DNA from: Heterodontus francisci
Taxonomy: Eukaryota
DNA: 64,000 bases
Reading direction: 5' to 3'
Assembly (NCBI RefSeq): GCF_036365525.1
Contig: NC_090404.1
Location: 10,044,001-10,108,000 of the forward strand
The position numbers were made by a program, and so were the translations under genes. Each line of letters begins with the position of its first letter. Position 1 is the stretch's first letter. Below, piece after piece: positions 27,235 to 40,499 of this stretch. The notes beneath the pieces are model-generated. The model did no database searches. It was not told the DNA's origin and saw only the letters and a list, made by a program, of their open reading frames with translations.

Positions 27235-27745
27235 GGAGATGCAGGTGAGCTCATTTTTATGGAAGGTTGAAGATGGGAGGACAATCAGGGCAACATTGAA
27301 ATAGTCAAGTCAAGAGATACCAAAGATATTGATGAAGGTTTCAGTAGCAGATGTACTGAGACATTGATGGAGATGGGCAAAGTTATGGAAGAGAAAGCAG
27401 GCAATCTTGGTCATGGAGTGTTTAAGGGGGTCAGAAGGTCATCCCAGGGTCAGATATGATTTAAAGGTTGTGTCTGGTCTTGTTCAGCCACATAGAGAGA
27501 CCAGGAGAAGGAGTCAAGGGCCATGGAATGTAGTTTGTGGTGGAAACCGAAGGCAATAGCTTCAGTTTTCCAAATATTTAGTTGCAGGAAATTGCAGCTC
27601 GTGCAGGACAGGAAGCCAGACAGTCAGCGTGATAAATCAAAGGGAATGGTGGAGAGAGATGATGGTGAGGTAAGCTGGGTGTCATCGTGGTACATGTGGA
27701 ACCTGACGTGTTTTCAGAAGATGTCAATAAGGGACAGCATATAGT
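27235..27745 (-). mobile_element. L2-like LINE RT fragment
   Basis: Reverse complement resembles L2 RT (FHMYHDDTQL-like motif, LGMTFDP, then SRLDY-like). Confidence 0.6.
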
Positions 27746-28211
27746 TGAGCAGTTGTGGAGATGAGGTGCTGTCTTCACACTGAGGGCACCGTCCATCGTA
27801 TTGTATCCACTACCACCGTACTAAATGTGACATATTCAGAACATGTCCAGCAACTCAAAATGGTGTTTCAGTGAAGAACTGCGGGCCATCTGCAGCAACA
27901 GAATTGTATTCCATTACAATCTGCAACCTCGTGGCCCCGCATCCCTGACTCTATCATTAACATCGAGCCAGGGGACCAACCCTAGTCCAATTGGGAATGA
28001 CAGAGAGCATGCTCGGAGCTGAACCAAGTGAACATAAAGATGAGATGTTAGCCCAGCGAAACTACAAGACAGGACTACATGCAGGCTAAACTGTGGAACC
28101 TGCATACTATAGACTGAACTAAGTGATAACAAATGCAATTGATTGGATCAAAACTCTGCAGTTTGTCATATCCAGTCGTGAATAGTGTTGGACAATTACA
28201 CAACTAAAGGA

Positions 28212-31200
28212 AGGCGGGGACAGGCAATATTAGATTTAGTTATGAGTAATGAGCCAAATTTAATTAGCAGCCTAACTGTGCGTGAACATTTATCAAATAG
28301 TGATCACAACATGATCGAATTCAAGGTAGCGTTTGAATCAGCTACTAGAATTTTAGACTTGGGTAAGGCTGACTTTACCAGGATGAGACAGAGACTGACC
28401 ATGGTAAACTGGGCAGATCTGTTAATGGGTCAAATGACTGAAGAACAATGGAGAATATTTAACGAAACATTTAAGGAAATACAGAGCGAGTATATACCCC
28501 TGAGAGGAAAAAGCTCCACTTCACTGAAAAAACAGCCATGGACAACTAAAGAGATTAGGGATAGCATAAAACAAAAAGAAATGGCTTACAAAAATGCAAA
28601 ACGCAGCAAAGATCCGGCCGAATGGGATCAATGCAAAGACCAGCAAAGGGTCACAAAGCAGCTTATAAGAGCTACTAAAAGAGATTATGAAAGGAAACTT
28701 GCAAGGGACATCAAAATCAATAAGAAGAAATGTTATAGTTACATAAAGGGAAAACGGGTGGTCAAGAGCAATGTAGGCCCACTAAAAGCTGAAACTGGAG
28801 ATATTGTCATTGATAATGGGGAAATGGCAGACATGTTGAACAATTACTTTGCCTCAGTTGAAAAGGAGGATAACTTGCTGGAAGTCCAGAAAAAATTAAT
28901 AGCTGATAGGGGACAGGGACTTAATACAATTAACGTAAGTAAAACATCAGTAACAAGGAAATTAATGGAGTGAGAAATCCCCAGGACCTGGCGGTTTCCA
29001 TCCGAGGGTGTTGAAGGAAGTAGGGGAGCACATTATAGATGCCCTAACTATAGTCTTTGAGTTCCCTAGATTCAGGAGTGGTCCCTCTGGATTGGAAAGT
29101 TGCACATGTCACTCCACTTTTTAAGAAGGGTGAAAGGGGGAACCAAGGAAATTACAGACCAGTTAGCCTGACATCTGTGGTGGGCAAGTTGTTGGAGTCT
29201 ATAATCAAGGATAGGGTGACTGAACACCTAGAAACATTTTCAGTTAATCAGGAGCAGCCAGCATGGATTCATGACGGGAAGGTCATTCCTGACAAATCGC
29301 ATTGAATTTTGTGAAGAGGTGACTAAGGTAGTGGACAGCGGAGTGTCGATGGATGTTATTTATATGGAATTCCAGAAGGCATTTGACAAAGTCCCACATA
29401 AGATACTGTTAACTAAGGCAGAAGCCCATGGACTTGAGGGCAAATTATTGACATGGTTAGGAAGTTGGTTGAGTGGTAGGACGCAGACCGTGGGAATAAT
29501 GGGTACGTCCGTGACGCTTCCAGCGTTCCGGGAAACTACATCTGCAGGAAGTGTACCCAGTTGCAGCTCCTCACAGACCGCATGGATCGGTTGGAGCGGC
29601 AACTGGATGCACTTAGGAGCATGCAGGTGGCGGAAAGCGTCATAGACAGGAATTTTAGAGAAGTGGTTACACCCAAGGTGCAGGCAGATAGATGGGTGAC
29701 CGCTAGAAGGGGCAGGCAGTCGGTGCAGGAATCCCCTGTGGCTATCCACCTCTCTAACAAGTATACCGTTTTGGATACTGTTGGGGGGGATGGCCTATCA
29801 TGGGAAAACAGCAGCAGCCAGACCAGTGGCACCACGGCTGGCACTGTTGTTCAGCAGGGAGGGACAAAGCGCTGAAGAGCAATAGTTATAGGGGACTCTA
29901 TAGTCAGGGGCACAGATAGGCGCTTATGTGGACGTGAAAGAGACTCCAGGAAGGTATGTTGTCTCCCTGGTGCCAGGGTCAAGGATGTCTCTGAACGGAC
30001 ACAGGGCATTCTGAAGGGGGAGGGTGAACAGCCAGAGGTTGTGGTACACATCGGTACCAATGACATAGGCAGGAAGAGTGATGAGGTCCTGCAGGGGGAG
30101 TTTAGGGAGTTAGGTAGTAAGTTAGAAAACAGGACCTCTAGGGTTGCAATCTCTGGATTACTCCCTGTGCCACGTGCCAGTGAGGCTAGAAATAGGAAGA
30201 TAGTGGAGCTAAACACGTGGCTGAGCAGCTGGTGTAGAAGGGAGGATTTCAGATAGCTGGACCATTGGGCTCTCTTCAGGGACAGATGGGACCTGTACAA
30301 GAAGGACGGGTTGCATCTAAACTGGAAGGGCACTAATATCCTGGCTGCAAGGTTTGCTAGCGTCACTCGGGAGGGTTTAAACTAGTGTGGCAGGGGGGTG
30401 AGAACCAGAGCAGCAGGACAGCTGGTGAAGTAAGTGAGGAGGACATAGTAAATAAGGCCAGTAGGACTAAGAGGAAGAGCAGGCAGGGAGATGTTGCTGA
30501 GCACAGCGGGACTGGTGGTCTGAAGTGCATTTGTTTCAATGCGAGAAGTATAACAGGTAAGGCAGATGAACTTAGAGCTTGGATTAGTACTTGGAAATAT
30601 GATGTTGTTGCTATTACAGAGACTTGGTTGAGGGAAGGGCAGGATTGGCAGCTAAATGTTCCAGGCTTTAGAAGCTTCAGGCGGGATAGAGGGGGGTGTA
30701 AAAGGGGTGGGGGAGTTGCATTACTGGTTAAGGAGAATATCACAGCTGTACTGCGGGAGGACACCTGAGAGAGGTCATGCAGCGAGGCAATATGGGTGGA
30801 GCTCAGGAATAGGAAGGGTGCAGTCACGATGTTGGGGGTTTACTACAGGCCTCCCAATAGCCAGCGGGAGGTAGAGGAGCAGATATGTAGACAGATTTTG
30901 GAAAGATGTAAAGATAACAGGGTTGTAGTGGTGGGTGATTTTAACTTCCCCAATATTGACTGGGACTCACTTAGTGCCAGGGGCTTGGATGGGGCAGAAT
31001 TTGTGAGGAGTATCCAGGAGGGCTTCTTGAAACAGTATGTAGATAGTCCAACTAGGGATGGGGCCATTCTGGACCTGGTATTGGGGAATGAGCCCGGCCA
31101 GGTGGTCGAAGTTTCAGTGGGGGAGCATTTCGGGAGCAGTGACCATAATTCCATAAGTTTTAAGGTACTTGTGGATAAGGATAAGAGTAGTCCTCGGGTG

Positions 31201-34200
31201 AAGGTGCTAAATTGGGGGAAGGCTAATTATAACAATATTAGGCAGGAACTGAAGAATTTAGATTGGGGGCGGCTGTTTGAGGGTAAATCAACATCTGACA
31301 TGTGGGAGTCTTTCAAACGTCAGCTGATTAGAATCCAGGACCAGCATGTACCTGTGAGGAAGAAAGACAAGTTTGACAAGTTTCGGGAAGCTTGGATAAC
31401 ACGGGATATTGTGAGCCTAGTCAAAAAGAAAAAGGAAGCATTTGTAAGGGCTGGAAGGCTAGGAGCAGACGAAGCACTTGAGGAATATAAAGACAATAGG
31501 AATGAACTTAAGCAAGGAGTTAGGAGGGCTAAATGGGGTCATGAAAAGCCATTGGCAAACACGATTAAGGAAAATCCCAAGGCTTTTTATACATATATAA
31601 AGAGTAAGAGGGTAACCAGGGAAAGGGTTGGCCCACTCAAGGACAGAGATGGGAATATATGCGTGGAGCCAGAGGAAATCGTTGAGGTGCTAAATGAGTA
31701 CTTTGTATCAGTATTCACCAGAGAGAAGGACTTGGTGGATGATGAATCCAGGGAAGGGACTGTAGATAGTCTGGGTCATGTCGTTATCAAAAAGGAGGAG
31801 GTGTTGGGTGTCTTGCAAAGCATTAAGGTGGATAAGTCCCCAGGGCCTGATGGGATCTACCCTAGAATACTGAGGGAGGCAAGGAAAGAAATTGCTGGGG
31901 CCTTGACAGAAATCTTTTCATCCTCATTGGCTACAGGTGAGGTCCCAGAGGACTGGAGAATAGCCAATGTTGTTCCTTTGTTTCAGAAGGGTCGTAAGGA
32001 TAATCCATGAAATTATAGGCCGGTGAGCCTTACGTCAGTGGTAGGGAAACCATTAGAGAGGATTCTTCGGGACAGGATTTACTCCCATTTGGAAAAAACG
32101 AACTTATTAGCGAGAGACAGCATGGTTTTATGAAGGGGAGGTCATATCTCACTAATTTGATTGAATTTTTTGAGGAAGTGATAAAGATGATTGATGAAGG
32201 AAGGGCAGTGGATGATATCCATATGGACTTCAGTAAAGCCTTTGACAAGGTCCCTCATGGCAGACTGGTACAAAAGGTGAAGTCACACGGGATTAGAGGT
32301 GAGCTGGCAACATGGATACAGAAGTGGCTCAGTCATAGAAGACAGAGGGTAGCAGTGGAAGGGTGCTTTTCTGAATGGAGGGATGTGACTAGTGGTGTTC
32401 CACAGGGATCAGTGCTGGGGCCTTTGCTGTTTGTAGTATATATAAATGATTTGGAGGAAAATGTAGCTGGTCTGATTAGTAAGTTTGCGGACGACACAAA
32501 GGTTGGTGGAGTTGCGGATAATGATGAGGATTGTCAGAGGATACAGCAGGATATAGATCGGTTGGAGACTTGGGCGGTGAAATGGCAGATGGAGTTTAAT
32601 CCGGACAAATCTGAGCTAATGCATTTTGGAAGGTCTAATGCAGGTGGGAGGTATACAATAAATGGCAGAACCCTTAGGAGTATTGACAGGCAGAGAGATC
32701 TGGGCGTACAGGTCCACAGGTCACTGAAAGTGGCAACGCAGGTGGATAAGGTAGTCAAGAAGGCATACGGCATGCTTGCCTTCATCGGTCGGGGCATTGA
32801 GTATAAAAATTGACAAGTCATGTTGCAGCTGTACGGAACCTTAGTTAGGCTACACTTAGAATATTGCGTGCAATTCTGGTGGCCACACTGCCAGAAGGAC
32901 GTGGAGGCTTTGGAGAGGGTACAGAGGAGGTTTACCAGGATGTTGCCTGGTCTGGAGGGCATTAGCTATGAGGAGAGGTTGGAAAAACTCGGATTGTTTT
33001 CACTGGAACGACGGAGGTGGAGGGGCGACATGATAGAGGTTTACAAAGTTATGAGCGGCATGGACAGAGTGGATAGTCAGAAGCTTTTTCCCAGGGTGGA
33101 GGAGTCAGTTACTAGGGGACATAGGTTTAAGGTGCGAGGGGCAACGTTTAGAGGGGATGTGCGAGGCAAGTTTTTTACACGGAGGGTGGTGAGTTCCTGT
33201 AACTTGCTGCCAGAGGAGGTGGTGGAAGCAGATACGATAGCGACGTTTAAGAGACATCTTGACAAATATATGAATAGGAAGGGAATAGAGGGATATGGGC
33301 CCCGGAAGTGCACAAGGTGTTAGTTTCGGCAGGCATCAAGATCGGGGCAGGCTTGGAGGGCCGAATGTCCTGTTCCTGTGCTGTACTGTTCTTTGTTCTT
33401 TGTACTCCGATTGGCAGGATGTAACCAGTGGTGTCCCGCAGGGGTTGGGGCCTCAATGATTCACATTATTCATTAACGACTTTGATGATGGCATAGTAAG
33501 TCATATATCCAAATTTGCTGATGATACCAAGTTAGGCGACATTGTAGACAGTCCAGATGATAGCATAAAATTGCAAAGAGATATTGACAGACTAGGTGAG
33601 TGGGCAAAACTGTGGCAGGTGGATTTCAATGCGGGCAAGTGTGAGATTATCCATTTTGGACCAAAAAAGGATAGAGCAGGGTAATTTCTAAATGGGAAGA
33701 GGTTAAGTACAGTGGATGTCCAAAGAGACTTGAGGGTTCAGGTGCATAGATCTTTAAAATGCCACGAGTAAGTGCAGAAAATAATCAAAAAGGCTAATGG
33801 AATGCTAGCCTTTATTTCCAGGGGATTGGAGTATAAAGACACAGAGGTTATGCTGCAGCTGTACAAAACCCTGGTTAGACCTCACTTGGAGTACTGTGAG
33901 CAGTTCTGGGCACCACACCTTAGGAAGGATATATTGGCCTTGGAGGGAGTGTAACGTAGGTTTACAAGAATGATACCTGGACAACAGGGGTTAAATAACG
34001 AGGAGAGATTGCACAAATTAGGCCTGTTTTCGTTCGAATTTAGAAGTTTAAAGGGTGATCTGATCGAAGTCTTCAAGATATTAACAGGAAAAGACAGGCT
34101 AGATAAAGATAAACTATTTCCACTGGTTGGAGATTCTAAAACTAGGGGGCATAGTCTAAAAATTAGGACCAAACCGTTCAGGAGAGATGTTAGGAAGCAC

Positions 34201-34440
34201 TTCTTCACGCATAGGGTGGTAAAGGTTTGGAACTGTCTCCCACAGACAGTAGTTGAAGCTAGAACAGTTGTTAATTTTAAATCTGAGATAGATAATATTT
34301 TGTTAAGCAAAGATATTAAAGGATATGGGCCAAAGGCAGGTATATGGAGTATAGGCCGCGGATCAGTCATGATCTCATTGAATGGCGGGACAGGCTCGAG
34401 GGGCTGAATGGCCTACTCCTGTTCCTATCTTCCTATGTTC
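28212..34440 (+). mobile_element. CR1 LINE (5'-truncated) split by a younger LINE (host parts 28212-29508 and 33402-34440)
   Basis: ILDLVMSN..SDHNMI endonuclease end; RT reads ..GIMGT|YSDWQDVTSGVPQG.. across the insertion; tail cctgttcctatcttcctatgttcc. Confidence 0.9.
29509..33401 (+). mobile_element. Near full-length young CR1/HER1 LINE: ORF1 (Zn finger, coiled coil, SGNH esterase) and ORF2 (APE plus RT), few lesions
   Basis: ORF1 motifs CRKC, VIGDSIVRG, VVHIGTND, DGLHLN; ORF2 motifs [39 protein letters not shown]; (tgttctt)n tail. Confidence 0.95.
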
Positions 34441-36069
34441 CTAAGGAGGAGGCTCCGTGAACATTCCCATCCTCAATGATGGTGGAACCCAGCATGTGAG
34501 TGCTAAAGCCAAAGCTGAAGCATTTGCAGCAAACTCAGCCTGAATTGTCGAGTGGAAGGTCCATCGTGGCTTCATTCCGATGTTCCCACCATCAAATAAA
34601 CCAGGCTTCAACGAATTTGATTCACTCCACGTGATGTCGAGAAACCGCTGAGCTGAATACATCAAATGCTATGGGACATCCTGGATGTCGTGCTGGATTG
34701 CTACCGAATTGGCTGCCGCCTTAGACAAGCTGTTCCAATACAGCTACAACATGACCATCTACCCGACAAGATGGAAAATTGTCTAGGTATGTCCAGTCCA
34801 CAAAAAACCATGAAAAATCCAATCCGGCCAATTACTGCTGCACCAGTCTACTCTCGATCATCGACAAAGTGAGGGAAGGTGTTGTTGACAGTGCTATCAA
34901 GCGGCACTGACTCAGCAATAACCTACTCACCCATACTCGGTCTGCATTGCTCCAGGGCCACTCAGCTCCAGGCATCATTGCACCCTTTGTCCAAACGTGG
35001 ACAAAATAACTGAACAACAGGTGAAGTGAGAATGGCTGCGGTTGACCAAGTGTGATATAAAGGAGCCCAAGCAAAATTGAAGTCAAAGGGAAGAAAGGGA
35101 AAACACTCAACTGGTTGGAGTCATACCGAGCACAAACTTTGTGGCTTTTGGAGGCCGATCATCTCAGCTACAGGACATCGCTGCAGGAGTTCCTCAGGGT
35201 AGAGTTCTAGACACAACCATCTTCAGCTGCTTCATCAATGACATTTCCTCTATGATATGGTCCGAAGTAGGGATGTTCACTGATGATTGCAGATACTGAA
35301 GCAGTCCATGCCCTCATGCAGAAAGACATGGGAAACAATCAGAGTTGGACTATTAAGTGAAAAGTAACATTTGTGCCACACAAATGCTCGGCAATGACCA
35401 TCTCAACAACGGGGCACCTAATCAACTTCCCTTGGCATTGACATCTGACGGCATTAACATCACTTAAATCTCCCACCATCAACATCAACACGTCAGAGGC
35501 TGTGAATTCTGTAGCGAGTAACCCATCTCCTGAGTCCCCAAAGCCTGTCCTCCATCTGTAAGGCGGAAGTCAGGAATGTGATGGAATACTCTCCACTTGC
35601 CTAGATGAGTGCTTCTCGAAAAACACTCAAGAAGCTCAACACCGTGCAGGCCAAAGCAACCTGCTTTATTGGCACCCCATTCACAGGCTTAACCACTTCC
35701 TCGCTCCAACACTGGCGCACAGTTGCTGCAGTGTGTACCATCTACAAGACGCATTGCAGCAACTCACCAAGCCTCCTTCGACAGCATCTTCCAACCCCAT
35801 GGCCTCAACCACCTACAAGAACAAGGGCAACAGGAGCATAGGAACACCGCCACCTCCAAGTTCTCTTCCAAGTCACACACTATCCTAACTTGGAAATATA
35901 TTACCGGCCCTTCACTGCCACTGGGTCAAAATCCTGGAACTGCCTCCCTAACAGCACCTTTGGCGTACCTACCCCACACGGAAGTAACTGTTCAAGGTGA
36001 CTCACCATCACATTTTCAAGGGAAGTTAGACATGGGCAATAACTACTCGCCTTGCTATCAACGAATGAG

Positions 36070-36570
36070 GAGAAATTAATAACTGCGATAGGGCCCAGTG
36101 GATTATCAACAGTGGCATGTTCTAGTGCATTATTAACTGAGACAGGGCCTAGCGTTTCAAACAGAGACATGTTTCTAGTGTAGTAATAACTGAGACAGGA
36201 CTTGCTGCAGTATAAACAGAGACATGGCTTAGTACAGTAATAACTGAGATAGGGCCTACTGTAATATAAACAGAGACATGCTATATTGTAGTAATAATTG
36301 AGGCAGTGTCTGTTTCTTGCTATGTAAACATTCAGACTTTCACTGCCACCTGGTGACCAATGCTTGCCATTGCTCCAATTGTGAAAATGTCAGTGTGAGT
36401 TACTGTTTCTGACATTTCTGCTATTAATGTATCTAAAAATAACTTGCACTCATGTTCCAACTCATTATCTTCTCCAGGATTTCCAAAGGATTGAAAATAC
36501 AGCTAATTGCAGATGAACACGGCTGATTTGCGCACAGAAACATCAGCAGGGTCCTAATGTCCACCATTAA
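36070..36570 (-). repeat. Module copy: satellite, CTCF motif (36343-36356), old SINE
   Basis: Reverse complement TCACCAGGTGGCAG; same flanks as the other copies. Confidence 0.7.
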
Positions 36571-36624
36571 AAAAAAAATCATCTGGTTAAGAGCAATAAC
36601 TGAAAATAGCACACACAACCTGTA

Positions 36625-37125
36625 CTCTGTGTGTGTGTGTATGTGTACGTGTGTGTGCGCGCGTGCGTCCGCGTGTGTGTATACTAAACATCATTCTTAA
36701 TATTTGCTGATTAATTCTGCAAAGAGAAATATCTTTCCCAGTTATGCCTCAATATTTTATTTTCTTTCATTCAAAATGTAATTGCAAATCGTTTAATACT
36801 GTTAACGTTTATTGCTACCTCAGTCCTTTTCATGCTCTTGTTTAGAAAGCGATCTCACACTGATCATTCTGTTACCAAGATGGGTTTGTCTGCTCCCAGT
36901 TTTCAGTCAGACAGAGAATTAAATCAGACCGGGAATAATGAGCAACTTCCGACCAGTCTCTGTGCTTTATTGTCTCGTGATCACCTCAGCATCACACAGA
37001 AGCTCCTGACAAATACTTCTGCAAGTCACCGTAAAAATGAAAATGTACCTTTACCTGACTTGAGGTTAATAAATCTATAATTTTCTTACTTATTATTTCC
37101 TTCGACTGGAAATGAATGAAACTCT
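36625..37125 (+). other. Module block C preceded by (GT)n
   Basis: cttgtttag|aaagcg acceptor at about 36845; open frame KRSHTDHSVTK...TSLCALLSRDHLSITQKLLTNTS; AATAAA at about 37068. Confidence 0.55.
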
Positions 37126-37129
37126 ATCC

Positions 37130-37812
37130 AATAACAACTTGCATTTATATAGCGCCTTTAAAGTAGTAAGCGGCCCCAGGAGTTTCACAGGAGCGTTAGC
37201 GCAACAATTTGACAGGGAGCCACATAAGAAGATGTTTGGACAGATGATCATAAACATGTCATGCAGCTTTTACTTTCCCACCTATATTTGTGTCATCTGC
37301 AAAATTAGCTACCATGCCATTGCTCCCCTCATCTAAGTCATTGATATAAATTGTAAAAAGTTGAGGCCCCAGCACAGACCCCTGTGGGACTCTCGTGACA
37401 TCCTGTCAATCAGAAAAGGATCCATTTATGCATACTCTCTGTTTTCTGCCAGCCAGCCAATCTTCTATCCATGCTAATATGTTACCCTTACACAACGAGC
37501 TCCTACTTTGCACAATAACCTTTTATGTGGCATCTTGTCAAATGTCTTCTGGAAATTCAAGTACAGTAGGTCAACGGGCTCCCCTTTATCCACAGCACAT
37601 GTTACTCCTTCAAAGAAATCCAATCAATTAGTTAAACATGATTTCCCTTTCACAAAAACATGCTGACTATCCCGCACTACCTTGAGTTTTTCTAAGTGCC
37701 CAGCTATAACCTCCTTAATGATCGATTGCAACACCTTCCCCACGACAGACGTCAAGCTAATTGGCCTGTAGTTATACCTGGGGCCGCTTACTACTTTAAA
37801 GGCGCTATATAA
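37130..37812 (-). mobile_element. L2-type 3' end plus CR1 RT fragment, bracketed by a 36-bp perfect inverted repeat
   Basis: aacaacttgcatttatatagcgccttt tail; NYRPISLTSVVGK..VKGKSCLTN. Confidence 0.75.
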
Positions 37813-38719
37813 TTGTGATATTAGCATATGGAATCTTAACAATAATGACCATTTACAATTCTATGGTAAAATTATAGATATAAAATGCCATCTGAACACA
37901 TTAAGCATTTTAGTAGCAGCTTGGATAAAGTGACTTAAATCTGATTTCAGAGTCAGCAGATTGTGGATTTCACCTCAGCCTCAGAACCTGAACAGATGAA
38001 CTAGGTTTCCAATCGGTGCAATGCTGAAAAGGCATTAACTTTCCGGCGACAATCTGAAACAATTATCCCTCCCCCACCCCTTGTCACTTCAGGTGAGCAT
38101 TAAAACTCCCATAGTTCCACACTGCGTCCTGGTCAACATTCCTTCCTGCAACCAAGATTAACAAAATTACATTAACAGGAATTGACAACTATGCTGTATT
38201 GTTGATGTTTATGTGCACAAATTGACCACGTTCATCTGTAATTAGTTGCACTGTAAATAAGTTTGGAACTCCCGCAGAGGGTGATGAGCTGGTAGGTACA
38301 TCAGTGCAAGTTGCATCACTCTACTTCGTCTCACCTTTACCTGTCTCGCCATTGTATGATGCAAAAAGATGTCAAAAGCGCGGGTTCAATCCCCGTACCG
38401 GCTGTGACAGTTCATGGAGTCCTGCCTCCTCACCTTACCCCACGTTTGAGCAGTGGTGACTCTCAAGCTATACATCAGCAACTGTCTCTCTCGTGGGGAG
38501 AGATGACTATCGTCCTTTGGGCCTATGGCGAGAGCAAACGTCTACCTCACTGTACTCACTCTCAGCTTTATCTATCACCCTCTGCTGGTGTCTCTCTGTA
38601 TCACGGTATTCAGTCGCAGCTTTATCTATCTCCCTCTGTTGGTGTCTCTCTTTATCGTTGTATTCTGTCTCATCTTTACCCATGTTTCTCATTTAGCAGC
38701 TCTCTCAAGACAGACAGAG

Positions 38720-39420
38720 GGTGGGTCTATGGAGGAGGCATTCACTCAGCAGCGCAGCTCCATTGATCAAATATTTAACTACTGAGAGCAGACAGTCATT
38801 GAGATGATGCGCCTTGGGGTGCCTCACTCATTCATCTGCTGAGGAAACTGCTCAGGTTTTCAATCATTGACGATCACTGGAATATGGCTGATCCACTGAG
38901 GGGAGCTTCACTCACCTCCACGGGCAAAAATCCCAAGTCGCTAACCACTGAGACCAGGCAGGTGCTGAACTGACCATCATACGGTGCCTCACTCAACTGC
39001 AAAGGTACATTGCTCAGGTCGTAAACCGTGGTGTATAGAGCACTGAGTTGACACACCTTGTGGATCTTCATTCATTTGCACAGGGACATTGATCAAAACT
39101 TTAAAAAATTAGAATATACATTCAAGGAACTGCCGCACAGAGGGGGCCTTTCTCACTTGCACAGATACATTGCTTACAGCGTTGACCATTGAACATAGAG
39201 AGACTCTGAACTGATCTACCGTGGGGAGACTCACTCACATTGTTAAGATTTGTAACCATTGAATACAGACAATATCTGGGTTGATGCACAGAGGGAGCCT
39301 TACTCACCTGCACAAGCAAGTTGCTCGAATTTCAGAAGTTGAAGACGTGCAAATATAGGACTGATTCCCCCATGGGGGGCCTTACTCACTTACACTCGTA
39401 CATTGCTCAGATCTTCCTTT
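38720..39420. repeat. Degenerate tandem repeat of about 81 bp, about 9 units
   Basis: ggggccttactcacctgcaca..tacattgctcag motif recurs at about 38911, 38992, 39071, 39152, 39230, 39303, 39385. Confidence 0.7.
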
Positions 39421-40109
39421 CATTGTACTATTTCAGACTTTTAACCCGCTGTTTATTTTTCTGCTCCCTGTCAGGAGATTTTTCTAACCTCTGTTTATCC
39501 CATCTTTCTGATTTTTCCTTTTGCCTCTTTCTCCGCATCTCCCAATTCCCTTCATAATTCCCTGGTACGGCCATTGTCATAAACAAATGGGTAAAATCAT
39601 TGAAAGGGATGTTGGAAAAACGGAGAGGTAACCAAAAAAAAAAGATTAAAATAAAACAATTATTCTTAAGAAATAGTATAATGCAAATGGTTGAATGAAA
39701 GGAAGATCTGATCAAAGTACCTGTAGAGGTGAATGCAAGTTCCGTTGGTGAATCATCTGTACGCAATGGTTAAAAAATGATCTCCGTATATCTGCCCTTG
39801 GACTCAGTTCCCAGTGGCAGAAGCCTCACAGAAGCCCAGGAAGGAATCATTCGGGAGACTGGAACATGGCATAAGCTGTCGCACGCCCCATCGCCACCAC
39901 CATCACCCTGGGTGCAGACAACTCCCCATGGACTCTACCACACCTGGGGGACGGGGTCTGTGACGCAGAAAGCTATTCCTTGGTAGATTAAAGGAAAGCA
40001 GAATCACTGTACTGCAGTCAGGTTAATAAATGTCTCTGTATTTTTAAACTTCCAGATTCACTGAACAGGTATTGAAAATATATTATTGGATAATGGATTG
40101 TTAAGAGAC

Positions 40110-40440
40110 GTTTGGTCTGGTGAAGTAATAACTGAGATAGGGCCTACTGTGTAAAGAGAAAGGGTCTAGTGTACCATAAACAGAGACATGGTCCAGTATA
40201 ATTTAAACAGAGACAGGGTGGAATTTATTTTTGCGATGTTGATAGTGTAATATTAACAGAGACAGGGTCTAGTGTAATATAAATAGCGACATGGTCAGTG
40301 TAATATCAACAGAGGCATAACCGAGTGCCGTTATAACTGAGATAGGGGCTAGTGTAATATAAACAGGGACATATTATGGTGCAGTAATAGTCTTCAGTAA
40401 AATAAACAAACATCGTGTCTATTGACTTTATAACTGAGGC
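40110..40440 (-). repeat. 27-bp satellite array
   Basis: tctagtgtaatataaacagagacagggt units. Confidence 0.85.
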
Positions 40441-40499
40441 TGACCCAAGGGTGAAATATAACTCGGCTAAAGATTCTTCATATGGTGCGAATAGATTTC

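Larger units (their letters stand above)
27750..36065 (+). mobile_element. Family X LINE split by nested insertions (host parts 27750-28210 and 34442-36065)
   Basis: Left end ...ggacaattacacaactaa rejoins right start ggaggaggctccgtgaacattcccatcctcaatgatgg. Confidence 0.75.

Noticed and set aside
36845-37020. Block C as a degenerate V exon with RSS (SDLTL.., VLYC, ACAAATACT)
   Set aside because: Only about 125 nt lie between the acceptor and the YC, there is no WYRQ, and no heptamer at 12 or 23 spacing
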